A DNA stretch of 62,917 bases, filler included, from Perkinsus chesapeaki ATCC PRA-425 (Eukaryota > Protista > Perkinsozoa), in NCBI GenBank assembly GCA_013115145.1. It is 11 parts of 11 records of this genome, joined end to end, with 100 filler letters (N's around TTAATTAATTAA, not from the genome) between each part and the next. Parts side by side here need not be neighbours in the genome. Positions count along the whole stretch, not along the records: positions 33,366 to 41,159 come from JAAPAO010001010.1; positions 41,260 to 46,803 come from JAAPAO010001150.1; positions 46,904 to 49,921 come from JAAPAO010001477.1; 8 more parts are not named here. One strand, written 5' to 3'. The notes beneath the pieces are model-generated. The model ran no database searches. It was not told the DNA's origin and saw only the letters and a list, made by a program, of their open reading frames with translations. The number at the start of each line of letters is the position of its first letter. Position 1 is the stretch's first letter. Both the position numbers and the translations under genes were made by a program. Shown piece after piece: positions 36,959-47,954 of the stretch.

Positions 36959-37455
36959 TATTCTTGTTAGGGACTTAATTGAGTGCATGACTATACTTAA
37001 AGCTTCGGGTTTCCGAAGCTCCAGTCTTTCTCGTCCTACTTAGCTCTATTACTCTTATTATCCTTAATTAGTTCAACTACTGTAGTTGTGTTAGTCGCAG
37101 AAACTGGCCCGGATTACTCGAGTGCGAGGTCCTAAACATCAGAGGGTAGTAAGAGTACCCAAAGGACCCATTGCAGCCTTTGTTGGTCCGGTTACCGGGT
37201 CCCGGTGAAGCCAGAATACCACTAGGCGTCGAGCTGTGGGTGAGAAGATCCCTCTCAGGGGGGCCGTGCGCGCTTCCGAAACCTTTACATGGGACTCTAT
37301 AATCGTTAAGATACAGTCGAACTGTAACAGCTCTCGTGGGCAAAGCTATCAGACACAATAAGGCATGGACTGAGCGCAACAAATCTCGAATTTCATGGAA
37401 GCCTTTACCGAGTAGCTCCTACGTCAAACATGCAACTTGCAACATGCATGGGATA

Positions 37456-40328
37456 TTAGATCTGAGCATCCACAGGGCTACTAGGCTCATCCTTGCGTTC
37501 CTCGGCCGTCAACGCCTTAGCTCGGAGGTAAGTTCCCACGCTCTTGAACGTTAAAACACCTTTCTTAGCCATCAGCTTCACTTTATCTATACTGAACTTT
37601 TCCTGGCTGGCTTGGCCGTTCTCAAAAATGATTTCATAGCCCACAGGCTTCGCAGACTTTCTCCGATAAACTGCCTTCAGCCTCGCCTTGTAATCGCAAC
37701 CGTCGCTCTCTTCTCGGTAGACGCATTTGGCACCGAGAGGTCCGAAGTATGTGAGATAATCGTGAGTCACATATTTCCAATCTTCTACACTAGCGGACAG
37801 AACCTCCTCTGAACTCACTCGGCTGTCATCGTCACAACTTGGATCTGAACATTGGCTCAAGCAGTTCTCGTCTTCGGATACGCTCTCGTGGTCTATGTTG
37901 AAGTTGTAGTCACTGTCGTGGGTAGACTTAGTGTAGGCGGCGAAGCAACTTTCTTCAAACCTGGCTACAGCAGCAGTTAAAGCTGCAGTGTGATCGTGAA
38001 ACTCCAGGTCACCGAAAGCTTGCTGAAGGCACCACGTCGTTGACGGAGAAACGCAGAAAGTAGTTAGGTATGCTGCCAATGGGCAGGACTTTTCATAAAG
38101 ACACCAGAAGTCGGAAGGTCGGCAACTCGCCAGAAACGACTTCGGAAAGGATCTGTAAGGGTCTGAACAAAGAAGGGAGAAATGAAGAGCTGTAAATTAC
38201 AGCTGTAGTGGCTATGATACTCACCCCTCATGTTGAAATAATTCATGGCTCCTTGTACTAGCGGTTCCGTGTCCGTACACCCCTGTTGGTAGATCAACCG
38301 CTTGCTATGGCTAATAGCTGAGATGGTACATCGGGTCGATGTCGACTTCCACGCGAAATCCTCAGTCATATCAGCAGGATGAAATTCGGAGATCCAGGGT
38401 TCATTCTGCATACAGCGGTTAAGCCTAAAGCATGTCAAAATCAAGCTGAATTCGAGCTGCATTATTCAACGGTGGAGCTACACTCACCTCGAGCCTATAA
38501 GCCTTGCGGGAAGCAGGTTAGCACACTTTTCGTTCTTTATGGCACAAACTGTTCGACGTGTAGCACAAATAACGTCGAAAGCGGTGCTCGAGCTTGTCAT
38601 CTCTTCCATCAATTTGCCAATGCAATTAAGTATCTTCATCATACTCTCAGTCTCTTCTTTACACTCCTTGTCCTTGAGAGTAGTTGCGAAGTCATTTATA
38701 TTCTCCATCTCTTGAGTGCCGAAGCTGAAATACACCCAATTGTGTAACAGTTTGCAAATGAAAGGAACCCACTTCTCTTCATCAGCTTGCAACGAGTGAA
38801 CAGCCTTATGAATAAACTTCCAGTTATCGCACACGTCGCGTAAGGCGTTAATGATACTTCCGGGACAATCAGACTTAGTCTCCGCTATCGGAGATCCTCC
38901 GGTAGCTCGGTACTCTTCATGAGCCGGTCCACCTTTCCCTGTAAATTCTGCGGCACGTCTACATAAGACAGTGAACTCCTCCAAGTCACATTCAGCTTTG
39001 AAGAACAGTTCCCAAAGCAGACGGCTTATCTCGAACATAGTGCAGTTCAGTAAAATAGGGTTCTTGCGGCCAGGACTGCCAAATTCGGACGACTTCAGTG
39101 CGTCAATGCCGTCTGTTCCACCACGCCCGACGATATAGCTTATCTCGACGGCATCTAACAGGGAACAAACAATGGCTAGAGAGTTGAATCAACTCAGTTG
39201 ATGGATAAACTATCTAAGTTAAATACTTGTTAGCTACACAATGGAACTGTCTATTACATTATCTATAAAAGATTATCTCTTACAGATTATACGCCCCGAC
39301 TTACATGTATCAGCGAGTCGCTGCAGTTCTGCGTTAATAACGGAGGCTACCCCACCAGACTCGAGATGGTCAATAGGCACGATATTTAGAGGGAGGCAGA
39401 TAAAGCTGAAGTTTTTCAAGTAGCACGCGCCAAGACGGATGCACTTAGAGTTATCGGGAGTTATCTTAGAGTTACCATACTGCACGACGTCGAAAACCAA
39501 ACCAACTCGCCTTCCTTGGCTGTAAGCTGATACTATTTCAGCAATAATATTGGTGGTAGCCTTGTCGATGATTTCCTTTTGGTACATCTGAATTGCCTGC
39601 TGATCCAAGCCGTGGCTATCGTAGCCGGGGCGCAAAACTCTCAAGGTAAGGGTCATGCTTGCAGAGCTCAGCTTTTGGATTGGAATATTCAGCGAAAGTG
39701 CGGTTAAGCACAACCTCTTGTGGAAGGTTCGTAGCAGTTCCTTTGTCGGAGCCTCAGGAAAATATCGTTTAATGCTAGACGTCGACCGTCGTGAATCTTC
39801 TGCCTTCCCAGCCAAAGATGTGCGGCGCGAAGCCGCAATGACGTGAGACGCATGAGCAACCGAAGATGATTCACGGTTGTCCTCGTGGTAGGGATCATCC
39901 GGAGTACTAGTCATCACGGGATCCTCAGATGCAGGGCGCTGCGTTTTAGGAGATGAAAGGCGAGGACGCTTTGTCGAGCCATCAGTAATAGATGAATTGG
40001 GTGTCATGGGCAGCATCTCACCATGTGCTCGAGGTGTAGAGGGTTCTTGTAGTACAGGTTGGACTTGGGGTATCGGCGTCGCACCGTCTGGATCATAGCG
40101 TCCGGATTTATACCGATAATGCACACGGGAAGGTTCCATATTAGCCAGCACCTGTCTGGTGTGATACTTCTTGAGATGTTCTCGGGCTTTCCAGCTGTTC
40201 CATGACACCCGGAAATTTGTACAAGGGAATATGCACTGATAAACCCAGAGGCCAATGTCGTTTTTGAACACCGGGCGATAGTACCCATCGGGCCGCAAGC
40301 CGTCTAATGGGTGTCGAGTAGGACCCAT
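37456..40328 (-). CDS. hAT-derived paralog B (4 exons, about 865 aa): BED finger, degenerate catalytic motifs, acidic linker and extra C-terminal domain
   Basis: Exons 40328-39305, 39154-38488, 38424-38225 and 38162-37456 splice to 2598 nt without stops. BED-like WVYQCIFPC...EHLKKYH and VLRPGY are present. FDVVQ replaces IDSWT, IVGRGG replaces ILSDNA, CTMF replaces CISH, TRW is absent, and LQQAF replaces LERIF. Confidence 0.8.
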
Positions 40329-40635
40329 CTAGCAAACGTGAAAACCCTGCATACAGATAATAAAGATAAATATAGATATACACTAAATCGTGATGATTTA
40401 ATCATCCCGATCCAATCCCCTCCGAAACGGCTGGCGCGGCGAGCGAAACTTTTGCGAAGCATCTCTAAAGTTTAGAATGAGATTGTCGGTGATTCTGATT
40501 CCAAAAATCGTACTAAGATTGTGATTCTTGAGTATAGAGTTGGATTTTTACTCTTACTCAACAACTGATTTGTTTATTGAGTAAATAATCTGAATCACAC
40601 CCAAAATCAGTATCCGCATACGGCCCCAGTAAAGC

Positions 40636-40716
40636 AATTCCGAAATTCAGAATTATTTCTAGAATGAGTTTTGTGAAGAAAGTGTTCATTCGATAATCAA
40701 TTCCAGAATTAGAGTG
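40636..40716. repeat. AATTC(C/T)GAAATTCAGAAT...TTCCAGAAT repeat family member
   Basis: Aligns with 59608-59690 and shares its motif with the arms of the 24341-24430 palindrome. Confidence 0.65.
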
Positions 40717-41476
40717 TAATACACTCTGAAACTAATTCTTAATATTAAAAATTATAACTTATGGCCAGACTTTGGCCATATGGCACTTTTTGGACGCGAA
40801 AAAGTACTCGTTACCTTTCTGTATTCCGGTGAGCTCAAAAGAGTACAAAAACAGGCGATTTTTGGAATTTTCCCGGGAAATCGCCGTTGAATTTTCCCGG
40901 GAACATGTTCCCGGGAAATTTCCCGGGAACGGGAAAAAGTTTCCTAGGGCGGACAACTTGTCAACCAAGATACACCTGGTGTATCAGAACTCCGTTGACC
41001 CGAGGCCTTCAGCGGTCGCTCAGACGCTTTGGATCATCTAAATCCTTTCCTCGTATTTAAAGGGTGTGGCGCGTTGCGATCCCTCACCGAGCCACCCTCG
41101 TGACAACTTCGGGAAATATCAGTGTCAGTGCGAACTGTAAACGTGTATATACTGTGAAGNNNNNNNNNNNNNNNNNNNNNNNNNNNNNNNNNNNNNNNNN
41201 NNNTTAATTAATTAANNNNNNNNNNNNNNNNNNNNNNNNNNNNNNNNNNNNNNNNNNNNCACCGGCTCTGTGAACCCGGGCAGACTCAAACACCCCAAAG
41301 CTCCGAGCAGAACCGAGCCGTCCAAGATTTTGGTGCATGCGTGCAAGGCCCTGCCATGTGCGGACGGGGGTGGGCAGTTTTGGGAACAATCACGAATAGT
41401 TCAACGCAAACGGCATTGTGCTTCTATTTATAACATTAATAACTTCCTTGTGGTGAATTTTTATATTGATTCCTGG

Positions 41477-43570
41477 ATGACACAGTTCGAGCCTTTTGGA
41501 GACCAAACGAAGTTCTGTGAACCGGCGTGGTACCAAGGTGAGTCCCTCAATTATAATGGTGTGATTTATTGATGATAGGAGCCTTCACTCCTTATTATAC
41601 GGCTTCCCATGTTGAGTTCAGAGGGAAGGTTCGGAAGTTCATGGCTGAGGAAGTTGAACCATTCGCTGAGGAGTGGTTGGAAAAGGGCGAGTAGGTGGCG
41701 GCCGTGTGTACTTATCAATTTTACGATGTTAAAAGATACCCGTTGATGATCCATAAGAAGATGTATGATTTAGGTCTTCAACAAGCTGTCCTGAGGGCCC
41801 CACCGGCTCTCGGGGGTCCGCCTGAGGGTAGGGCTCTCTCCGAATTCGTACCCGCATCATGCGCCCTTGCCCGTGAACGCTCGTGCCGAATTAAGCCTTT
41901 CTTGCTAGGCGGGTCTGGATAGAGGGCTTTTGTAGCGTAAGCCTCAGTAGCTCAGTTGGTAGAGCGGGTAGCTTTTAAGCCCGTGGTCGTGGGTTCAAGC
42001 CTCGTCCGAGGTATCTTATATTTACTACAAGCGTACATTGCCCTCCCACAAAAAATTCTTTGGACTGCATTACGACCAAATGAGACGCGCAGTGCACACT
42101 CAATTCGGAATGAAATCTCGTCCACGCTTCGTCTCTCATCTATGATTAGGTCAATACGACGTGTTCCATGAGATCATACTTTTTAATGAGATGCATCGGC
42201 ATGAATGCTACCCGAGAATGGTATGGCAGGCGGTAATCGCGAGGAGCAATGGCTCTCATGATTAGATAAGCATTGACTCAATGGCTTTGCCTCCCCTCGT
42301 GAAATACGGTCCCGCTCATCTACGTGACAAGTGAGGGATTGACCTTCTTACCTATGTACGCTGCTGTTGTTCAACTATCTGGCCTCGATTTAGAATTGTC
42401 CCGCAAGTCATTCGTGGCGAGAAGCACATCGCTCTTGGAATAACAGAACCGACTGCTGGCAGTGACGTTGCGCGAATAAAAATGACCGCCGTCAAAAAAG
42501 GAGATAAATATATCGTCAATGGGTAAACTTCTGCAATGCCGTCGGTGTAGCTCGGTTCGATTCAGAGAGAAGAAATGGATCACCGGTGGACTCATCGCGG
42601 ACTACATAACCCTCGCCGTCCGTACAGGGTCGAGTGGCATGAATGGCTTGTCACTGTTGCTGGTGGACATGAAATCACCGGGAATCTCTGTGAGCTACTA
42701 TCGAATACCAGCTGACTTAACTGAAGGTCTGAAAGGTTCGCGCGCTGCCAACAATGGCTGACACAGATCTGAAGTCGACTTTCATTACATTTGATGACGT
42801 GTAAGCTGATTAAGCAATGTTCGTGGCGATGCCTGTTAGTGAGGTCCCAATATCTAACCTTATCGGGGTCGAGAACGGAGGTTTCATCCCCCTAGTGGAG
42901 AACTTCAATCACGAAAGGTGGGAAGAGTCTGATGGGCAAAGTGCATCCATTGCAGATTAGTGGTCTCGGTCGGGGCAGCTACGGGGGCTCGCCGCTGCTA
43001 CACCCTCGCTCTCAAGTAGCCTGTTTATATCCTCTGTATTCACTGAGAGCTCAAGCAGGCATGCCATGAAGCGCAAAACGTTCGGGAAGAGGCTGATAGA
43101 CCATCAGATTATCCGATACAAGCTAGCTGAGATGGCGAGAATGGTGGAAAAATGATCGGAAGTCTCATGGATTTGTTTAGTTCAGGTCGAGTCGCTTTGG
43201 GCAGAGACCGAGCACGTAGGCTTACAGTTTCAAAAAAGAGTACCTGATCGTCAGCTCGGGGAGGAATGTGCCATCCTTAAGGTTAACGCATCTAAAGTAA
43301 TCTTTGTTACTTCCTTGGCACATTCAATCTTGCTTGTAGGCATTCGAGTTCTGCGCTCGTGAAGCTGTTCAGATCTTTGGCGGTTTGGGGGTCACCAGAG
43401 AAGGGCAAGGACGTTACGTGGAGCGGTTGTATAGGTAGGAGACCTGCAATATTGATGTGGTCATCCGTGCCGGTTTCAGACATGTTCGTTTGTCTGCTAT
43501 CCCTGGTGGAAGCGAGGAAATCCTTCTTGATATGACTATGAGAATGGTCGCTGCGAAAGCTCGCCAATGA
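41477..43570 (+). CDS. Acyl-CoA dehydrogenase (multi-exon)
   Basis: The exons encode MTQFEPFGDQTKFCEPAWYQG|AFTPYYTASHVEFR..., IALGITEPTAGSDVA, EKKWITGG, LIGVENGGF..LVENFNHER, RKTFGKRLIDHQIIRYKLAEM, AREAVQIFGGLG and AIPGGSEEILLD. These are canonical ACAD motifs. One exon near 42170-42290 looks degenerate. Confidence 0.9.
41941..42013 (+). pseudogene. tRNA-Lys(TTT)-derived pseudogene inside an ACAD intron
   Basis: GCCTCAGTAGCTCAGTTGGTAGAGC (A box), loop CTTTTAA and GGTCGTGGGTTCAAGCC (B box). The anticodon stem is poorly paired. Confidence 0.7.
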
Positions 43571-43993
43571 ATGTCACACAGAGCTTTTCTTCACCTTCTG
43601 TTCTAAAAGCTTTCTATTCCAGTGGTTGTGTTCGCAAGTTTGCAATACTAACATTACATTACGATTGCTCTTGGCCAACACGGTTGATATTATACTCTCC
43701 GGAACAAAGCAACATGCCGTACCGAGAGCTGGATGTAGATAGACTGCATTCCTTCTATCTCCTTGAGTCCATCCCTATTACAACTGAACTCGAATACAGT
43801 GGAAATAAACGAAACCGGCTATGTTTAATCCTACACTGACCACTGAGATCAGCCCACATTATGATGTTGTTTACTAGAACTAAACTATCTAACAAGGTCG
43901 CACCGCCATCAAAGCGCTCACATTGTTGCTGATAACTACAACTGTAAATGATCAAAATATGTGATAAGGTATACGATATGCTGATAAGCTAAA

Positions 43994-44305
43994 TCAAACC
44001 TCTAGCACTCTACCGCGGAGTGTCGAAGTTATATTCGGCTCATGGCAGCTACACTTCTTTTCTACATGGTAGCCTTCAGTTCCATAACCGCAGAAGTGTA
44101 TACTGGTATCGCACCAACCATGTTCTCCAATCAAAACCCTGGTGTACCAATCACACCAAATATCATCTCGTCCACAGTCTTTGTCGTCCATTTCTTCGTG
44201 CGGGCAAACGGCCTTCTCGCATGGTACCAGAGGAGGTGTTGTACGATGACCACATTCTACACGAACCACGATACATAGGATTAGATACAAGATGAGTTGT
44301 GGCAT
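43994..44305 (-). CDS. Small secreted Cys-rich protein (about 103 aa)
   Basis: Hydrophobic N-terminus MPQLILYLILCIVVRVECG, followed by a mature region with seven further Cys (PCEKAVC...DCG...WCD...WCD...FCG...KCSC gives additional pairs). Single ORF. Confidence 0.5.
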   Translation of the reverse strand: MPQLILYLILCIVVRVECGHRTTPPLVPCEKAVCPHEEMDDKDCGRDDIWCDWYTRVLIGEHGWCDTSIHFCGYGTEGYHVEKKCSCHEPNITSTLRGRVLEV

Positions 44306-45707
44306 TGCGAACAAAATGTTCGGAACTATTGACTCAAAGAATTATTTCCCATCGGGATAGCCTGCGTGAATTGCCATTACCACTGACCCCGTGCTGAATG
44401 GACCTTATAGAAGCATGCCGGGGGATGGGGCGCGAAAAGGGTTACAAAAAGGCGACGGTGAACTAGAGAACTGTTGCATCAAAAGCCCCAGACAAGATGC
44501 ATAGCTCGTTCCTGGAATTCTGTAGCTAGCAATCGTACGTAACTGTGCCCGAATAACCTGACAAATGTTAATAATGCATGTTTCCATGATGATTTGATGT
44601 ATATGTCGAGTGGTAATGTTCTCCCGCGGTGGCCTATTGAATCTGACCCACTTTGATTCTACATCTACAGTGGAGAAATACTTTTGGTTTCCGAATATGC
44701 TCCATGAGGGCACTCCTCTCCACTCCAGCTCTCGCTGTTGACGCGCCCGTGCCCCACTGCTCGGGAGGAAGGGCAGAGAGTAACGGTGCGATAACCGACT
44801 AACATACATAATGTGAGGGAGGTGCGCAGCGCGAACAAAACCTATAGAAACGTTGATTTGACAACGTGATTACGTGAATCGACTTATTATGCAGATGAAT
44901 AGCTAACTGTTACCGGCACGTATAATGCCGATGGAGGGAGCGATCTGGGAAGGGGGAGCGAGGTGGGTCGCTCCGGCTGGGAGCACGGCAACGAGTCTTT
45001 GCCAACGACCCGGTGCAGGGTTTGCATTCGGGAATCTCGACTCGAGTGCGCAGCGTATGCGTGCAGGAGTATAGACCACATAAATAGTTGTGACTAGCCC
45101 CAGAAGACAGCGATATTGGATCCCTATACTTATACTAATTTTACATCCCACTAATCAGCTGCAGCATATCCACATCTAGAGGCCTCAGAGTTAGGTCGAA
45201 TGACACTGTCACTGTGACATCCATGGCTTCCGTACATTCTAACGAACAGTATCTCTGGCATTCGACACCATTGCACGAGAGCTCAAATACATTGCAGAGA
45301 ATCGCACTGAGTAGAAGTATTATCACACTAACTCCCCACTATTGCGGGTGATCCTCCGACTCGAGAACTTCTTGCTCGTATATGTGATGCCCCCGCCAGT
45401 ACGTGTCATATCTCACACTGCTAGCCAATTTGTCACGAATATGTTGGACCAAACGAAGATGTACATCACGTGCTATGTGTAGATCATGAAGCACAGTTGT
45501 ACGCACACGTTAGGGCTTTTTGCTGCTTTAATAAGCCTAGAGTTGGCACTTCCCTCTGGAAATTAACAGGGAAAGCATCAGTATCCCGGCCACGCACGCA
45601 TGAACGCGATGTTAAGCACATAATGGGCCGGCACGAGGAGTATCGCGTCCTTCCGAATCAAGTTGAAAGTGTGCTTCCACTTCATGTGCTCATCCATGTC
45701 CCACTTA

Positions 45708-46704
45708 ATGCATTTTGTTGCTCTATTTACGGCTGTGGTCTGCTTGATAGAGGAAAACCCAACTACCAGGAATAATGAGGAAGCAAGACATTGGGCTGTA
45801 AGTTTGCACCCCGTGGAAGCTTGGTATATTCTATCCTTCCATCTTGACGGATCGTCAATATACGCTTGTCAGGTCCTTATTGCCGGTTCGAACGGTTTCT
45901 ACAACTATCGCCATCAAGCAGATATATGCCACGCATATCAAGTTCTGAGGAGGAATGGTATCCCCGAGGAGCATATTATAACTTTATCGTAGGAGGCCTT
46001 TGTCTCCTAAAAGGATGTGGACGCAATCACTTTTGCAGGTACAACGATGTCATTAATGATCCAGAGAACCCCTACCCTGGAAAACTATTCAACAAGCCTA
46101 CAGGTTAGACTCGTGTTCAGTGAAGGTGACTCTTCACTGAATACTTCTCATAGGTGACAAACCCGGTGTCGATGTGTACAAGGGTTGCAAAATCGATTAT
46201 AGTGGTAAAGACGTTACGATCGGAAACTTCGGGGCGGTAAGTAGCCGTGAAGGTATTGTGTAAGCTAGAGCTCACCGTGGCTTGAAGCGTGACACATATT
46301 TAACCGCTTTTTCCAGAGCTCGTTTGCAGAGAATGCTTGTAGGTCCTCACAGGCAACGCTTCGACACAAAACGGCAAAGTTCTGCAGAGCACGGAGAACG
46401 ACTATGTTTTCGTTAACTTCGTCGACCATGGAGGGCGTAAGGAATGCACACGGTACGCCTAGTCGTATGTAACGTATGTTCATGATCAGCGGATATTCTG
46501 GCAATTATCGATGAGGAACTCAAGTCAGAACAACTGCATGGTTGGTTAACCACAATGCACGAAAAGAAGATGTAATCTGTATGTGATAAGGAAAACAGAA
46601 ACATTGAGACGACATTTTCTACTCAGGTATAAGAAATTGATATTCTATGTCGAAGCTTGTGAAGCTGGAAGCATGTTCGAAGGAAAGGCTACCATTCCCG
46701 GCCA
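45708..46704 (+). CDS. Legumain / asparaginyl endopeptidase (peptidase C13), 3'-truncated by a spacer
   Basis: HWAV|[45 protein letters not shown], catalytic His in [10 protein letters not shown], catalytic Cys in [13 protein letters not shown]. Signal-peptide-like N-terminus. Confidence 0.92.
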
Positions 46705-47075
46705 GTAAGGCTTCTATTTACTCGGTCAGTCCAGGGCCGGTATGCGGATCCTGATCCACGCGTGATCCTGAGAAAAAGATCACGAAAAAAGATCAACGCA
46801 ATGNNNNNNNNNNNNNNNNNNNNNNNNNNNNNNNNNNNNNNNNNNNNTTAATTAATTAANNNNNNNNNNNNNNNNNNNNNNNNNNNNNNNNNNNNNNNNN
46901 NNNAAACCAGCTAAAATGCTCAACGCGTCTTATGGCTTTGAGTTAACCGCAAGTGTGTGATGATGGGCGACGTCAGACAGATGTTACACGTGAGCAACTG
47001 TGACCAGATTCGACTGTAAAAAAACAGCCTGTTCAGACTTGGTATGATACTTAGGGTGCGAGGAGGTGTTCATGT

Positions 47076-47330
47076 CTCGTACACTGAAAACTCGTACATC
47101 TTCGACTCATGTCTCGAATACGCGTACACTAACAGCCCGTACACCGAAGAGCCGTATACTTTCAACTCGTATACTAAATACTCATACATCGAACACTCAT
47201 ACACATAGTACTCATGCATCGGATACTCGTAAACATAATACCAGTACACTTTCAACTAGTACACAGAATACTCGTGCACTCTCAAGTCGTACAGTGTACG
47301 ACGTACACCGAAAACCCGTACACTTTCACT
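47076..47330. repeat. Degenerate tandem array with a 15-bp period (about 14-16 units)
   Basis: A conserved core CTC(G/A)TACAC is followed by a variable 6 nt, e.g. CTCGTACACTGAAAA, CTCGTACATCTTCGA, CTCGTATACTAAATA, CTAGTACACAGAATA. Confidence 0.85.
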
Positions 47331-47401
47331 CCGTTCACACCCACGTTCGTTCGTTCACTTCGTCACCAGAAATCGATGTTCGAATTTAATGATTTAATTT
47401 A

Positions 47402-47474
47402 GTTTCCCTGAGGGTTGAACTCACGACCTTTCGGGAAGTAACACCACATTCTAACACCACCACCTTAACAGCCT
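47402..47474 (-). pseudogene. Degenerate tRNA-like sequence (3' half resembles tRNA-Val)
   Basis: The minus strand reads CCGAAAGGTCGTGAGTTCAACCCTCAGGGAAAC (B box, T-arm and a Val-like 3' end). The 5' half does not fold convincingly. Confidence 0.35.
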
Positions 47475-47954
47475 TAAAATCTTAGAATCTGTAAAAGCTA
47501 GGAAACCCAAGATCAGCGAAACTTGTAACCTACAAGTTGTAAGGTCCAAAAAAAATTTTTTTTGCTTCGTAATAAGGAAGGAAAAAAATATACTCCATTT
47601 CTCCGTGAAAAAAATGCTTATAATTGTCACCTAATTTATGTTGTACCATGTGATGACCTATCAGTAATGGGCAAATGCATACATCGTGTGCTGGTTTGCG
47701 GCATACGAGGCGGTTTAGAGGACCCAGACGGAAGTTCCGTCGCGGAACTACACAGGGGCCCTGTGACAGCCTGTCACTGACAGGGCGCAGACTATTTCAA
47801 AACCAACCGAGAGACTAGCAACAACAATTCATTGGATATGGTTGGAAAAGAGTTGTAAGTTGGTTGAAAGTGCTCGATGCAGCATCAATGATGCCCAAGC
47901 ACTAAACTGAATCCTCAGAGCCCGACGAATCCTAGCCAGCCTGAAAAAAATTCT

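Larger units (their letters stand above)
33435..40956. mobile_element. Putative two-gene hAT-derived element of about 7.5 kb with inverted termini and CCCGGG subterminal arrays
   Basis: TTGTCCGGCCTAGGAAA (33435-33451) and TTTCCTAGGGCGGACAA (40940-40956) match 16/17 as an inverted pair. Four CCCGGG palindromes lie just inside each end (33466-33509 and 40872-40927). Two convergent hAT paralogs lie between them. No TSD was found. Confidence 0.7.

Noticed and set aside
37077-37382. Minus-strand ORF with a signal-like start between the two hAT paralogs (possible third gene)
   Set aside because: It is short and has no motif or splice support, so it is probably 3' UTR sequence. It would be worth revisiting only if conserved in other copies.
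47076-47330. CRISPR-like reading of the repeat/spacer array
   Set aside because: The 9-nt core and 6-nt spacers are far too short, there are no cas genes, and the context is eukaryotic.
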